Origin: Lentimicrobiaceae bacterium
Lineage (GTDB): Bacteria; Bacteroidota; Bacteroidia; Bacteroidales; UBA4417
Assembly: GCA_041753535.1 (NCBI GenBank)
Contig: JBGSUB010000003.1
Coordinates: 5,905 to 69,904 of the forward strand
DNA: 64,000 bases
Reading direction: 5' to 3'
Position numbers and translations under genes: made by a program. The notes under the pieces were generated by a model. That model worked only from the letters and a program-made list of their open reading frames with translations, was not told where the DNA came from and searched no databases. Below are positions 19,199 to 27,930 of the stretch, in pieces (the first letter of the stretch is position 1; every line of letters starts with the position of its first letter).

Positions 19199-19999
19199 CT
19201 ATCCCCCGATATTATAAAACTCCCCATGTTTATTCACTGTCCCGCACGAAGGTTTATTTCCCAGGGCAAGTTTCAGTGCTTCAGCAACTCCTAGCCCTCG
19301 CACACTGTATTCCATATCGTTGAAAAGGCAGGGTTTTATCATTCCGTTTGCAGTTAATCGCAGGCGGTTACAAGTGGTACAATCGCCGCCACTGCCTCCA
19401 TCCACAATATAAAACTCTCCCTTTTCCAGATCCATCTGCCTGATAAACCGGACTTGCAGCCCCAGTTCCTTTGCATACTCTGCAACCTGCTGTGCATCAG
19501 GTTCTGAAGAAGTTTTAGTAATAACACAGTTGATTTTTACCGGCGAGAGTCCTGCTTTAACTGAAGCATTAATTCCTTTAAGTACTTTTTCAATATCTCC
19601 GCCCCGGGTTATTTGATGGTATTTTTCCGGATTAATTGTATCCAGGCTGATGTTGATGCGGTGAAGACCTGCTTCTTTTAAGGGTGCAGCGAATTGTTCG
19701 AGTCGTTGTCCATTGGTAGTCATTCCAAGATCAAGGATTGCCGGTCTTGACGCAATCATCTGCACCAGGTTTACAATACCTTTGCGAACAAGAGGTTCGC
19801 CACCGGTGATCCGGATTTTGTCGACACCCAGAAGTATGGCGGCATCAACCACTTCCATTATTTCTTCAAATGAAAGAATATCGCTGTGTTGCATCAGTTC
19901 AATTCCTTCGGCAGGCATGCAGTAGGTGCAACGCAGATTACAACGGTCGGTAGCCGAGATGCGGAGGTAGTTAATACGCCGGTTATACGAGTCGAACAT
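19199..19999 (-). CDS. moaA: GTP 3',8-cyclase (radical SAM)
   Basis: CNLRCTYC radical-SAM cluster, second cluster CTTCNRLRLTANGMIKPC (CX2CX13C), C-terminal GG; compact at 266 aa; overlaps moeA by 17 nt. Confidence 0.93.
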   Translation of the reverse strand: MFDSYNRRINYLRISATDRCNLRCTYCMPAEGIELMQHSDILSFEEIMEVVDAAILLGVDKIRITGGEPLVRKGIVNLVQMIASRPAILDLGMTTNGQRLEQFAAPLKEAGLHRINISLDTINPEKYHQITRGGDIEKVLKGINASVKAGLSPVKINCVITKTSSEPDAQQVAEYAKELGLQVRFIRQMDLEKGEFYIVDGGSGGDCTTCNRLRLTANGMIKPCLFNDMEYSVRGLGVAEALKLALGNKPSCGTVNKHGEFYNIGG

Positions 20000-21158
20000 T
20001 TACAAGAGTTCCTTTTAAAATTTCAGTTTCGCCGATTTCGATACTCACAATCCCATCAGCATGAATATAAGAGTGGATATGTGCAGAGCCATGATATTCG
20101 GTTGGAATTACAGTACCGTCTTCCGAAAAAGAAACCGGGAAAAACGCCTTCCTCGTCGTTTTTTTTCGGGAGTAATCAGAACCCATCGCAATTTTTACCT
20201 GATTTGGTTTTCCCAAATTACCGGTAATAATTTTTATAAGATACTTAACCAGTAATTCAAACTGTACGAAGGAGGAAACCGGGTTTCCTGGCAAAGCGAC
20301 CAGGTATTTACCTTCACGCGTGGCAAAGATTACAGGTTTTCCGGGTTGTACGGCCAGTTGCCTGAATTTAATTTCATACCCGGCTTGTTGAATTACTGCC
20401 GGAACAAAATCAAAATCACCGGCCGAAATGCCACCGGTCAGAATTACAATATCGCTTCCTGATCCAGCCTGCTGAATAATCTTCAAGGTTTCATCTTCGG
20501 TATCGTGGGCAATTCCAAAATAGGTCGCCTGGCAGTTTGCACGCTGCGCCTGAGCCAATATCTGGTAGGCGTTGCTGTTACGGATTTGTGATTCAGCAGG
20601 AGTTTCTATGGGTTCAACTATTTCATCCCCGGTCGAAATAATTCCGATCCGGGGTTGTTTATAGACTTCAGGAAAAGCACATCCGACCGAAGCCAGAACA
20701 GCAATTTCCTGTGGACGGATCAGGGTTCCTTTCGACAGAACTTTTTCCCCCTGGCGGATATCTTCCGCTTTCAAACAATAATTAGAAGAAGTTTTTTGAG
20801 CTACAAAGCGAATGGTTTCTTGTCCGGTAACTTCAACATCCTCAACCATTATAACGGTATCGGCGCCTTCGGGAAGCATTCCGCCGGTCATCAGTTTCGA
20901 ACATTCGCCTGTTTCAATAAATTTAGTTGGAGTTTTTCCGGCAGGTATGGTTTCCAGTACTTTAAGTTCTTTCTGCAGGTCATCGCGGCGGCAGGCATAA
21001 CCGTCAACTGCCGATTTGTTAAAAGGCGGCATATCCATATCCGAAAAAACATCAGTTGCAAGCACCCGGCCAAGGCATTCTTCCAGTCTCACGTTTTCTG
21101 GTGCAAGTTGTACGGCTGATTTACTGATTATCTCCAGTGCTTCCTCAAATAATATCAT
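19983..21158 (-). CDS. moeA: Molybdopterin molybdenumtransferase
   Basis: 391 aa; PPFNKSAVDGYA, ISTGDEIV, LTGGISAGDFDF motifs. Confidence 0.93.
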   Translation of the reverse strand: MILFEEALEIISKSAVQLAPENVRLEECLGRVLATDVFSDMDMPPFNKSAVDGYACRRDDLQKELKVLETIPAGKTPTKFIETGECSKLMTGGMLPEGADTVIMVEDVEVTGQETIRFVAQKTSSNYCLKAEDIRQGEKVLSKGTLIRPQEIAVLASVGCAFPEVYKQPRIGIISTGDEIVEPIETPAESQIRNSNAYQILAQAQRANCQATYFGIAHDTEDETLKIIQQAGSGSDIVILTGGISAGDFDFVPAVIQQAGYEIKFRQLAVQPGKPVIFATREGKYLVALPGNPVSSFVQFELLVKYLIKIITGNLGKPNQVKIAMGSDYSRKKTTRKAFFPVSFSEDGTVIPTEYHGSAHIHSYIHADGIVSIEIGETEILKGTLVNVRLV

Positions 21159-21181
21159 TTCTGGTCATTCAAATTAAGCGG

Positions 21182-21189
21182 CAAAGATA
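21182..21189 (-). promoter_or_regulatory. -7 promoter box (TAnnTTTG) for moeA
   Basis: TATCTTTG on minus strand, 23 nt upstream of ATG 21158. Confidence 0.5.
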
Positions 21190-21289
21190 CCTATCATTTC
21201 GATGCGATTAGCTTATACATGCAGTTCGGCAGGGAAAAATTGCATGTTTTATATTTGATTTACACTCCTTTGATTTTGCATTTATTTGC

Positions 21290-21297
21290 TATCTTTG
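21290..21297 (+). promoter_or_regulatory. -7 promoter box (TAnnTTTG)
   Basis: TATCTTTG, 15 nt upstream of ATG 21313. Confidence 0.45.
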
Positions 21298-21312
21298 TAA
21301 AAAAGACATAAA

Positions 21313-21750
21313 ATGGCAGATATAAATCAATCAAAGGGTTCAGTGCAACAAACTCCCAGCCGGACGAAACTGTTTTTCAAACGTATCAGGAAGTATATTT
21401 ACCTGGCTATCTCATTATTCGTGGTAATTGTTGGCATTTATGTATACTGGAGTTTTTTCTTCACATTCAGCGATGGGTATCGTGCAGGTTTGTTGCAGAA
21501 GTTTTCCCGCAAAGGCACTATATTTAAAACATATGAAGGTGAGATGATTCTCAGCAGTGTTCAGAGCAATAAGAATGTAGCTCTTGCTTCTGAAAAGTTT
21601 GTATTCTCAGTTGATGACAAAGAGGTAGCTGTTCAGCTCGAAAAACTGCAGGGAAAAAATGTGGTAGTGCATTACACGGAGAAAAACAACACGTTGCCTT
21701 GGCGCGGAGAAACCGTGTTTATGGTGAGCAGCGTGAAATTGAGTGAGTGA
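21313..21750 (+). CDS. Hypothetical single-pass membrane protein
   Basis: 145 aa; one TM (YIYLAISLFVVIVGIYVYWSFFF) then a soluble beta-rich domain; no motif recognised. Confidence 0.5.
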   Translation: MADINQSKGSVQQTPSRTKLFFKRIRKYIYLAISLFVVIVGIYVYWSFFFTFSDGYRAGLLQKFSRKGTIFKTYEGEMILSSVQSNKNVALASEKFVFSVDDKEVAVQLEKLQGKNVVVHYTEKNNTLPWRGETVFMVSSVKLSE

Positions 21751-21752
21751 AA

Positions 21753-21868
21753 GGATTTACGATTTACGATTTACGAATGATGATTTCGAATTAGTTTCTT
21801 TTAGTGGATTATCAAAACAGCTGGTTTTAATCGTACATCGTACCTCTGAAATCGTAATTCGATTTACA
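21753..21868. repeat. Opposed arms built from TACGAT / ATCGTA words
   Basis: Left GGATTTACGATTTACGATTTACGAATG..., right AATCGTACATCGTACC...AAATCGTAATTCG. The 14-mer TACGATGTACGATT (minus strand 21829-21842) recurs at 60232-60245. Lies between convergent genes. Confidence 0.75.
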
Positions 21869-23921
21869 ATATTTTATCCTTAAAAAACTTATACGTCTCA
21901 ACCTGTGAATTTATTTTCAGGTTGGGATTTCCTTTTATATACTGGTTTGATTTGCTGGCAGATATAGTTCTTGCTTTTGTATTGTCGCGAAGCTGAATTT
22001 GCAACATAGTCATTATTTCCCTCTGCAGTTCGCGGTCGAATATAGGACACGCTACTTCGATACGGTTATCGAAATTGCGTTCCATCCAGTCGGCAGAAGA
22101 GAGATAATACAATTCGCTTCCGGCATTGGCAAATACCATAATACGGCTATGTTCGAGAAAACGGCCTACAATGGTAATAGCATCGATGTTTTCGCTAACT
22201 CGCGGAACGCCAGGTTGAAGCATACAAATTCCCCTCACTATCAGTTTTATCTTTACCCCGGCGGCACTGGCTTCGTATATTTTTTTAATAGTTTTAATAT
22301 CCGTCAGGTTGTTGATTTTCAGAATCATCCATGCATCGAGCCCTGCTTTGGCATTACGTATTTCGTTGTTAAGCAACTTGATAAAATGATTCCGCATATG
22401 AAACGGCGCAACAATCAGTTTCGAAAACCTGGGCGCATTATAAATAGATTCGAACAAATGGAATACGCTGTTCACATCCGAAACAATTTCTTTGTTGGAT
22501 GTAAAGATCGAAATGTCAGTATATATTTTTGCCGTTGTTTCGTTAAAATTTCCGGTACCGACGCCTGCATAGTATACATTCCTGGCGCCTTCCTTGCGGC
22601 GGATCAGCAGCAGTTTGGCATGAACTTTATATCCTGGAATCGATTGGATGACGCGCACTCCCTCTTCCTGCATTTTCCCGGCCCAGTAAATATTGGCTTC
22701 TTCATCAAAACGAGCCTGTACTTCGAGGAAAACAGTAACTTCCTTGCCATTTCGAGCAGCATTTATAAGTGCATTCACTACATTTGAATCGCTTGCTACC
22801 CGGTAAAGAGTCATTTTAATAGCTCTCACCTGCGGATCGAGCGAAGCTTCACGCAACAGATCGATCAGGTAATGAAACGAGTGGAAAGGATAATGCAACA
22901 GGTAGTCCCGTTCTTTAATTCCTGCCAGCATGCTTTTTGTAACCCGTAATCCCTGGTGTTCGAGGGGCGGCATAGGCATGAATTCCATTTCCCGGGTTCC
23001 GATATTCGGGAAACTCACAAAATCCTTGAAATTGTGGTATCTGCCCCCTGCCGAAACCGTATCGCTCTGGCTGATATTTAACTTGGCGAGCAACTGGTTC
23101 AGCAAACGTTCGGGCATATGGCGGTCGTAAACAAATCTTACGGGAGGCGCAACTTCACGTTGTTTCAGGCTTTCTGACATCAATTCAATAAAACTTTTCG
23201 AAACATCGTTATCAATATCCAATTCGGCATCGCGGGTAAATTTTACAGCATACGCTTTGTACGTATTGAAACCGAAGATCGAAAAAATCTCGTTCATGCA
23301 ATACCTGATAACATCATCGAGCAGGATGATGAACCTTTTTTCATTTTCGGAAGGCAGTATTAGAAAGCGCGAAAGTGTGTTAACCGGAACTTCAACAAGA
23401 GCGTATTTTTCGAGAGAGGGTTTCCCTTTGACCTGCAAAACAACCGCAAGATAAAGGGATCGGTCCCGAAGTGCAGTGGCTTTCAGGTTGCTCAGAATAA
23501 TCGGAAACAGGCATGGCCTTACATGTTCCCTGAAATAATGCTCAACAAATTTGCCTTGTTCAGCAGTTAATTCAATGTCGTTGATAACAAAAATATTTTG
23601 CTCAGCTAGTTCCTGTATAACGGTATTGTAAATTCGTTGAAATTCTTTCTGCTGAATTTTTGTAATCCTGTTTATTTCACGCAGGGTTTTCCGGGGACTG
23701 GCGTATTTATCATGGAAAATGGTTTTGTCCATACTAATCATACGGTTAACTGTGGCCACCCTCACACGGAAAAACTCATCTAAGTTATTGGAATAAATTC
23801 CGAGGAATTTCATCCGGTTAATCAATGGCGTAGCTGGATCAGCAGCTTCCTGCAAAACCCTTTCGTTGAAATGAAGCCAGCTTATTTCACGGTTAATAAT
23901 ATGACTTTTGTTTCCTGCCAT
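21864..23921 (-). CDS. ppk1: Polyphosphate kinase 1
   Basis: 685 aa; INREISWLHFNERVL, FLGIYSNNLDEFF, two PLD-like HKD-type C-terminal domains (KVHAKLLLI; FLEHSRI). Confidence 0.96.
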   Translation of the reverse strand: MAGNKSHIINREISWLHFNERVLQEAADPATPLINRMKFLGIYSNNLDEFFRVRVATVNRMISMDKTIFHDKYASPRKTLREINRITKIQQKEFQRIYNTVIQELAEQNIFVINDIELTAEQGKFVEHYFREHVRPCLFPIILSNLKATALRDRSLYLAVVLQVKGKPSLEKYALVEVPVNTLSRFLILPSENEKRFIILLDDVIRYCMNEIFSIFGFNTYKAYAVKFTRDAELDIDNDVSKSFIELMSESLKQREVAPPVRFVYDRHMPERLLNQLLAKLNISQSDTVSAGGRYHNFKDFVSFPNIGTREMEFMPMPPLEHQGLRVTKSMLAGIKERDYLLHYPFHSFHYLIDLLREASLDPQVRAIKMTLYRVASDSNVVNALINAARNGKEVTVFLEVQARFDEEANIYWAGKMQEEGVRVIQSIPGYKVHAKLLLIRRKEGARNVYYAGVGTGNFNETTAKIYTDISIFTSNKEIVSDVNSVFHLFESIYNAPRFSKLIVAPFHMRNHFIKLLNNEIRNAKAGLDAWMILKINNLTDIKTIKKIYEASAAGVKIKLIVRGICMLQPGVPRVSENIDAITIVGRFLEHSRIMVFANAGSELYYLSSADWMERNFDNRIEVACPIFDRELQREIMTMLQIQLRDNTKARTISASKSNQYIKGNPNLKINSQVETYKFFKDKIL

Positions 23922-24005
23922 GCGTATAAGAGAATTAGTTTTACGATTTTTACTATATAAACTTAAACAGTTTTAAAGAGGGTTTTGTTACGATAAATTT
24001 ATAAA

Positions 24006-24013
24006 CAAAAGTA
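24006..24013 (-). promoter_or_regulatory. -7 promoter box (TAnnTTTG), possible ppk1 promoter
   Basis: TACTTTTG on minus strand, 84 nt upstream of ATG 23921 (a longer leader than the others). Confidence 0.3.
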
Positions 24014-24238
24014 GATTCTACCGGGCTTTGAGATTAGAACTTCCTATAAAGCAATCATATTTGTCAAAGATAGGATTTTGGATGTTAGAGCAAAATTAAG
24101 TTTTTGTTAAATGTAAGTTTCGCGGAATGGAAAGCGATACTGCCCCGAATCCATTCGAGCAATTCACCAAAACCAAAAATCAGCTACTTCGCTAACTTCC
24201 TCCCCAAAGTAATCCTTTCGCGTGATTACAAAAGAAAA

Positions 24239-24267
24239 AGAAACCAGAATACATGACTCTGGTTTCT
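24239..24267 (-). terminator. Intrinsic terminator after sixA
   Basis: Perfect 10-bp stem AGAAACCAGA / TCTGGTTTCT, 9-nt loop; on the minus strand followed by TTTTTCTTTT. Confidence 0.75.
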
Positions 24268-24354
24268 TAAACTTATACAACTATTGAGCCCATGTCTGCT
24301 GTCATGAGCAAGATATAAATATTCGGCTACAAAGGGTAATTTTTTGTTGCTTTT

Positions 24355-24846
24355 CTACAACATCCCCGGCCAAACCGTAAAGTTTTGTATAACCTTCGCC
24401 TTTTTGAGATCGGCCCATTTTTCTGTTTCCAGGTGAACTGAAACAACGCCGGTTGTTGGCAATGAATCGAGTTTTGGACTTGCGAAGCGGTTAGCAACCA
24501 TGGTTATTACCGGGTTATGTCCCACGATCATCACGCTGTTCACTGAATCGTCAAGTGCTTCTATCAATTCAATTGCATCGGAATCGTCGCCGGTGAAAAG
24601 TTTTTCGTCAGCAACTACTTTTGCAGCCTGAATGCCAAGTTTATCGGCAATAATAAGCGCAGTTGTAAATGCTCTTTCAGCAGGACTGGCAATTATATGA
24701 TCAATTACCGGATGGCTTTCGGCCATATATTCGGCAACTTTCCAGGTGCGGGCAACTCCGGTATCGGTTAGCAATCTGTCAGCATCAGCAATGTTAGCAC
24801 TTGCCGGTACAGCTTTTCCATGACGTACAATATATACTGTCTTCAT
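24355..24846 (-). CDS. sixA: Histidine phosphatase superfamily protein, SixA-like
   Basis: 163 aa; N-terminal VYIVRHGKA (RHG catalytic motif), later VGHNP. Confidence 0.75.
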   Translation of the reverse strand: MKTVYIVRHGKAVPASANIADADRLLTDTGVARTWKVAEYMAESHPVIDHIIASPAERAFTTALIIADKLGIQAAKVVADEKLFTGDDSDAIELIEALDDSVNSVMIVGHNPVITMVANRFASPKLDSLPTTGVVSVHLETEKWADLKKAKVIQNFTVWPGML

Positions 24847-24874
24847 ATCGTGGGATTAAATTTCTGTAAACATA

Positions 24875-24882
24875 CAAAATTA
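24875..24882 (-). promoter_or_regulatory. -7 promoter box (TAnnTTTG) for sixA
   Basis: TAATTTTG on minus strand, 28 nt upstream of ATG 24846. Confidence 0.5.
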
Positions 24883-24892
24883 CTTTAAACAC

Positions 24893-24928
24893 AAAAGCGA
24901 TACCTGAAAATATTCGGATATCGCTTTT
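24893..24928 (-). terminator. Terminator-like hairpin downstream of glyA
   Basis: 10-bp stem AAAAGCGATA / TATCGCTTTT with 16-nt loop; on the minus strand followed by TTTTGTGTTT; sits just upstream of the sixA -7 box. Confidence 0.5.
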
Positions 24929-24954
24929 GAAAGAGTTTTTTTTGAGGTTAAGTT

Positions 24955-25104
24955 TTCAAAGTTCAAAGGTACAAAGCTTCGCGTTCAAAGGTTTAATGCT
25001 TTGCGTTCAAAGTTAAAATGTAAATCTCAACCGAAACTCTTCAAACTCTTCAAACCCCTAAACCCTTCAAACATTCCTAACCCTTCAAACATTCCAAACC
25101 CTTC
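24955..25104. repeat. Word-repeat block: 4x TTCAAAG then 4x CTTCAAAC
   Basis: TTCAAAG at 24955, 24962, 24984, 25006; CTTCAAAC at 25039, 25048, 25065, 25083; contains AACTCTTCAAACCC (25044-25057), the reverse complement of the 14-mer at 44469 and 51998. Confidence 0.85.
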
Positions 25105-26384
25105 TAATACCCAAACAGCGGAAATTCACTCATCATTTCATTCACCTGTTTGCGAACTTTTGTAATTACTTCTTCGTTCTCGTGGTTGGCTATTACCTCA
25201 TCGATCAGATCGACAATTAATGGCATATGTTGTTCTTTTAGCCCACGTGTTGTAATGGCAGGCGTTCCGACCCGGATACCGGAAGTAGTGAATGGTGTGC
25301 GGCTATCGAATGGAACCATATTCTTGTTCAGAGTGATATCAGCTTTAACAAGCAGGTTTTCAACTATTTTACCTGTAATATCAGGATATTTTGTGCGAAG
25401 ATCGATAAGCATCAGGTGGTTATCAGTGCCACCCGAAATTACTTTAAATCCTTTATCCATAAAGGCCTTCGACATTACCTGTGCATTCTTTTTCACCTGC
25501 ATTGCGTAATCCATAAACCCATCGGAAAGAGCTTCGCCGAAAGCTACAGCTTTGCTGGCAATAACATGCTCCAGCGGTCCGCCCTGTATGCCGGGGAAAA
25601 CGGCACTGTCGAGCATGGCCGACATCATTTTTGGCTCGCCTTTAGGTGTTTTCAATCCCCATGGGTTTTCGAAATCTTTACCCATCAGGATAAGTCCGCC
25701 GCGTGGCCCGCGAAGGGTTTTGTGCGTGGTAGTGGTTATAATATGGCAATAAGGAACCGGATCGTTAAGCAGTCCGCGGGCAATTAAGCCGGCCGGATGT
25801 GCAATATCGGCCATGAGTAAAGCACCGATTTTATCAGCGATCTGGCGCATGCGTTTGTAATCCCAGTCGCGGCTGTAGGCCGAAGCACCTGCAATGATCA
25901 GTTTTGGTCTTCCTTCGAGGGCCGTCGCTTCCATCTTATCGTAATCAATGGTGCCGGTTGCTTCTTCAACGCCGTAAGCAATTGGATTATAAAGGATACC
26001 AGAAGAGTTCACCGGCGATCCGTGCGACAAATGACCTCCATGCGAAAGGTTAAGACCCATAAATGTATCACCGGGTTTCAGAATGGTCATCAGGACCGCC
26101 ATGTTTGCCTGCGCGCCTGAGTGCGGCTGAACGTTTGCCCATTCGGCACCAAAGAGTGCTTTGGCACGGTCGATAGCGATTTGTTCAGTTTGATCCACAA
26201 TCTGGCAACCGCCATAATACCTGCGGCCGGGATAGCCTTCGGCATATTTGTTGGTTAATACCGATCCCATCGCTTTCAGAACCTGTTCGCTTACGAAATT
26301 CTCCGAAGCAATCAGTTCGATGCCATGCATCTGGCGGCCTTTTTCCTCATCAATGAGGTCAAAAATAATTTTGTCTTTTTTCAT
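25104..26384 (-). CDS. glyA: Serine hydroxymethyltransferase
   Basis: 426 aa; [11 protein letters not shown]-lysine block [14 protein letters not shown]. Confidence 0.97.
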   Translation of the reverse strand: MKKDKIIFDLIDEEKGRQMHGIELIASENFVSEQVLKAMGSVLTNKYAEGYPGRRYYGGCQIVDQTEQIAIDRAKALFGAEWANVQPHSGAQANMAVLMTILKPGDTFMGLNLSHGGHLSHGSPVNSSGILYNPIAYGVEEATGTIDYDKMEATALEGRPKLIIAGASAYSRDWDYKRMRQIADKIGALLMADIAHPAGLIARGLLNDPVPYCHIITTTTHKTLRGPRGGLILMGKDFENPWGLKTPKGEPKMMSAMLDSAVFPGIQGGPLEHVIASKAVAFGEALSDGFMDYAMQVKKNAQVMSKAFMDKGFKVISGGTDNHLMLIDLRTKYPDITGKIVENLLVKADITLNKNMVPFDSRTPFTTSGIRVGTPAITTRGLKEQHMPLIVDLIDEVIANHENEEVITKVRKQVNEMMSEFPLFGY

Positions 26385-26444
26385 TTCTTTAGTATGCAGT
26401 ATGTTGTGAACAAATCATTTACCGATTTTCATGATAAAGTGCGG

Positions 26445-26452
26445 CAAAGGTA
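26445..26452 (-). promoter_or_regulatory. -7 promoter box (TAnnTTTG) for glyA
   Basis: TACCTTTG on minus strand, 60 nt upstream of ATG 26384. Confidence 0.4.
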
Positions 26453-26496
26453 TAAATTCTGCCGATATGCCGCAAAAAGCATCGGCAAATTTCCTT

Positions 26497-26504
26497 TAAC
26501 TTTG
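26497..26504 (+). promoter_or_regulatory. -7 promoter box (TAnnTTTG) for the M16 peptidase pair
   Basis: TAACTTTG, 62 nt upstream of ATG 26567 (113 nt upstream of the alternative ATG 26618). Confidence 0.4.
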
Positions 26505-26566
26505 CTGCGTTAAATAACAATTACAACCGCAGGTCGTTTAATATGTAAACGGTAAATATTTTTATA

Positions 26567-27856
26567 ATGGGATATGACTCCTTTAAAAAGATTTTCCTAC
26601 CTGCCAAACCGGATATTATGATTGAATTTGATCGCTTTACATTGCAGAACGGGTTACGGGTAATCGTTCACCACGATGCCAGCACACCCATTGTGGCAAT
26701 GAATATACTTTACGATGTGGGTTCGCGCGATGAGCATCCTGAGCGCACCGGTTTTGCACATTTGTTCGAGCACCTTATGTTTGGCGGCTCGGTGAATATT
26801 CCCCGTTTCGACGAACCACTCGAGAGGGTAGGGGGCGAAAACAATGCTTTTACCAACAACGATTTCACCAATTATTACTTAACTGTCCCCGGACACAACC
26901 TCGAAACAGCTTTCTGGCTCGAGTCGGATCGTATGCTTAACCTGGCTTTTTCATCGAAAAGTTTCGATGTTCAGCGCAACGTTGTTGTTGAAGAATTCCG
27001 GCAAAATTACCTGAATCAACCTTATGGTGATGCCTGGTTGCTTTTGCGACCGCTTGCATACAAGGTTCATCCATACAGGTGGGCAACCATCGGCATTGAT
27101 CCGTCGCATATCGAGGAAGCTTCGATGGATGATGTTCACGATTTTTATACACAACATTATAATCCATGTAATGCCATACTTGTCGTAGCCGGAAATGTAG
27201 AAGTATCTGAAATAAAAGCGCTGTCCGAAAAATGGTTCGGAAATATACAAAACGGAAATATCAAAAAACGAAAACTGCCGGTTGAGCCGGAGCAGACCGA
27301 GGCCCGCTCACTCACTGTAAATCGTGATGTTCCGTATGATGCTGTTTATAAAGCATGGCATATGAGCGGACGGAACGATGAGCGATTTTTTGCTACTGAC
27401 CTGATTTCGGATATACTTTCGGCCGGTCAGTCGGGCAGGCTGAATCAGAAATTAGTAAAAGAGCTGCGGCTTTTCAGCGATATAAATGCATTTGTTTCGG
27501 GCGATATCGAACCCGGTCTGTTCGTAATTACCGGCAAACTGATGAAAGGTGTTGCGATGACCGACGCGGAAAAAGCTCTGCAGCAGGAGATTGAAAAAAT
27601 GTGCCATTATCCTGTCGGGGAAATGGAATTGCAAAAGGTCAAAAACAGGTTCGAAGCTATGATGGCGTTCAGCGAAATGCGCGTGCTCGAAAAAGCGATG
27701 AACCTTGCTTATTACGAATTGCTTGGCGATGCAGGACAGGTAAATGAAATTCTTAAAAAATATGCATCAGTTACCACTACCGATATTATAGCCGAAGCAA
27801 ATAAAATTTTCAGGAATGAAAATTGCTCAACGTTATATTACTACGCTAATAATTAA
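26567..27856 (+). CDS. M16-family zinc peptidase (catalytic subunit)
   Basis: Inverted zincin motif HLFEH in GFAHLFEHLMFGGS; alternative start at 26618 (MIEFDRF). Confidence 0.9.
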   Translation: MGYDSFKKIFLPAKPDIMIEFDRFTLQNGLRVIVHHDASTPIVAMNILYDVGSRDEHPERTGFAHLFEHLMFGGSVNIPRFDEPLERVGGENNAFTNNDFTNYYLTVPGHNLETAFWLESDRMLNLAFSSKSFDVQRNVVVEEFRQNYLNQPYGDAWLLLRPLAYKVHPYRWATIGIDPSHIEEASMDDVHDFYTQHYNPCNAILVVAGNVEVSEIKALSEKWFGNIQNGNIKKRKLPVEPEQTEARSLTVNRDVPYDAVYKAWHMSGRNDERFFATDLISDILSAGQSGRLNQKLVKELRLFSDINAFVSGDIEPGLFVITGKLMKGVAMTDAEKALQQEIEKMCHYPVGEMELQKVKNRFEAMMAFSEMRVLEKAMNLAYYELLGDAGQVNEILKKYASVTTTDIIAEANKIFRNENCSTLYYYANN

Positions 27857-27930
27857 ATGAACCTTCAGAATTCATTTTATACAATTATTTGTTTCTTGCT
27901 TTTTTCCGTCTAAAAAAACGACACTCATTT

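Noticed and set aside
19199-19999. MoaA looks truncated (266 aa versus the usual ~330)
   Set aside because: Both Fe-S cluster motifs (CNLRCTYC; CX2CX13C) and the conserved C-terminal Gly-Gly are present, so it is a compact but complete protein.
21159-21312. Looked for a Moco riboswitch upstream of moeA, and for purine, THF and Mn riboswitch cores upstream of guaB, glyA and the metal transporters
   Set aside because: No conserved cores were recognisable by eye. The moeA leader is only about 23 nt downstream of a -7 box, too short for a riboswitch.
23922-24238. About 317-nt non-coding stretch upstream of ppk1 with a small hairpin (GAATGGA / TCCATTC, 24125-24156)
   Set aside because: It has a short stem, no flanking conservation evidence and no recognisable RNA motif. 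It is most simply the ppk1 promoter/leader plus the sixA terminator.
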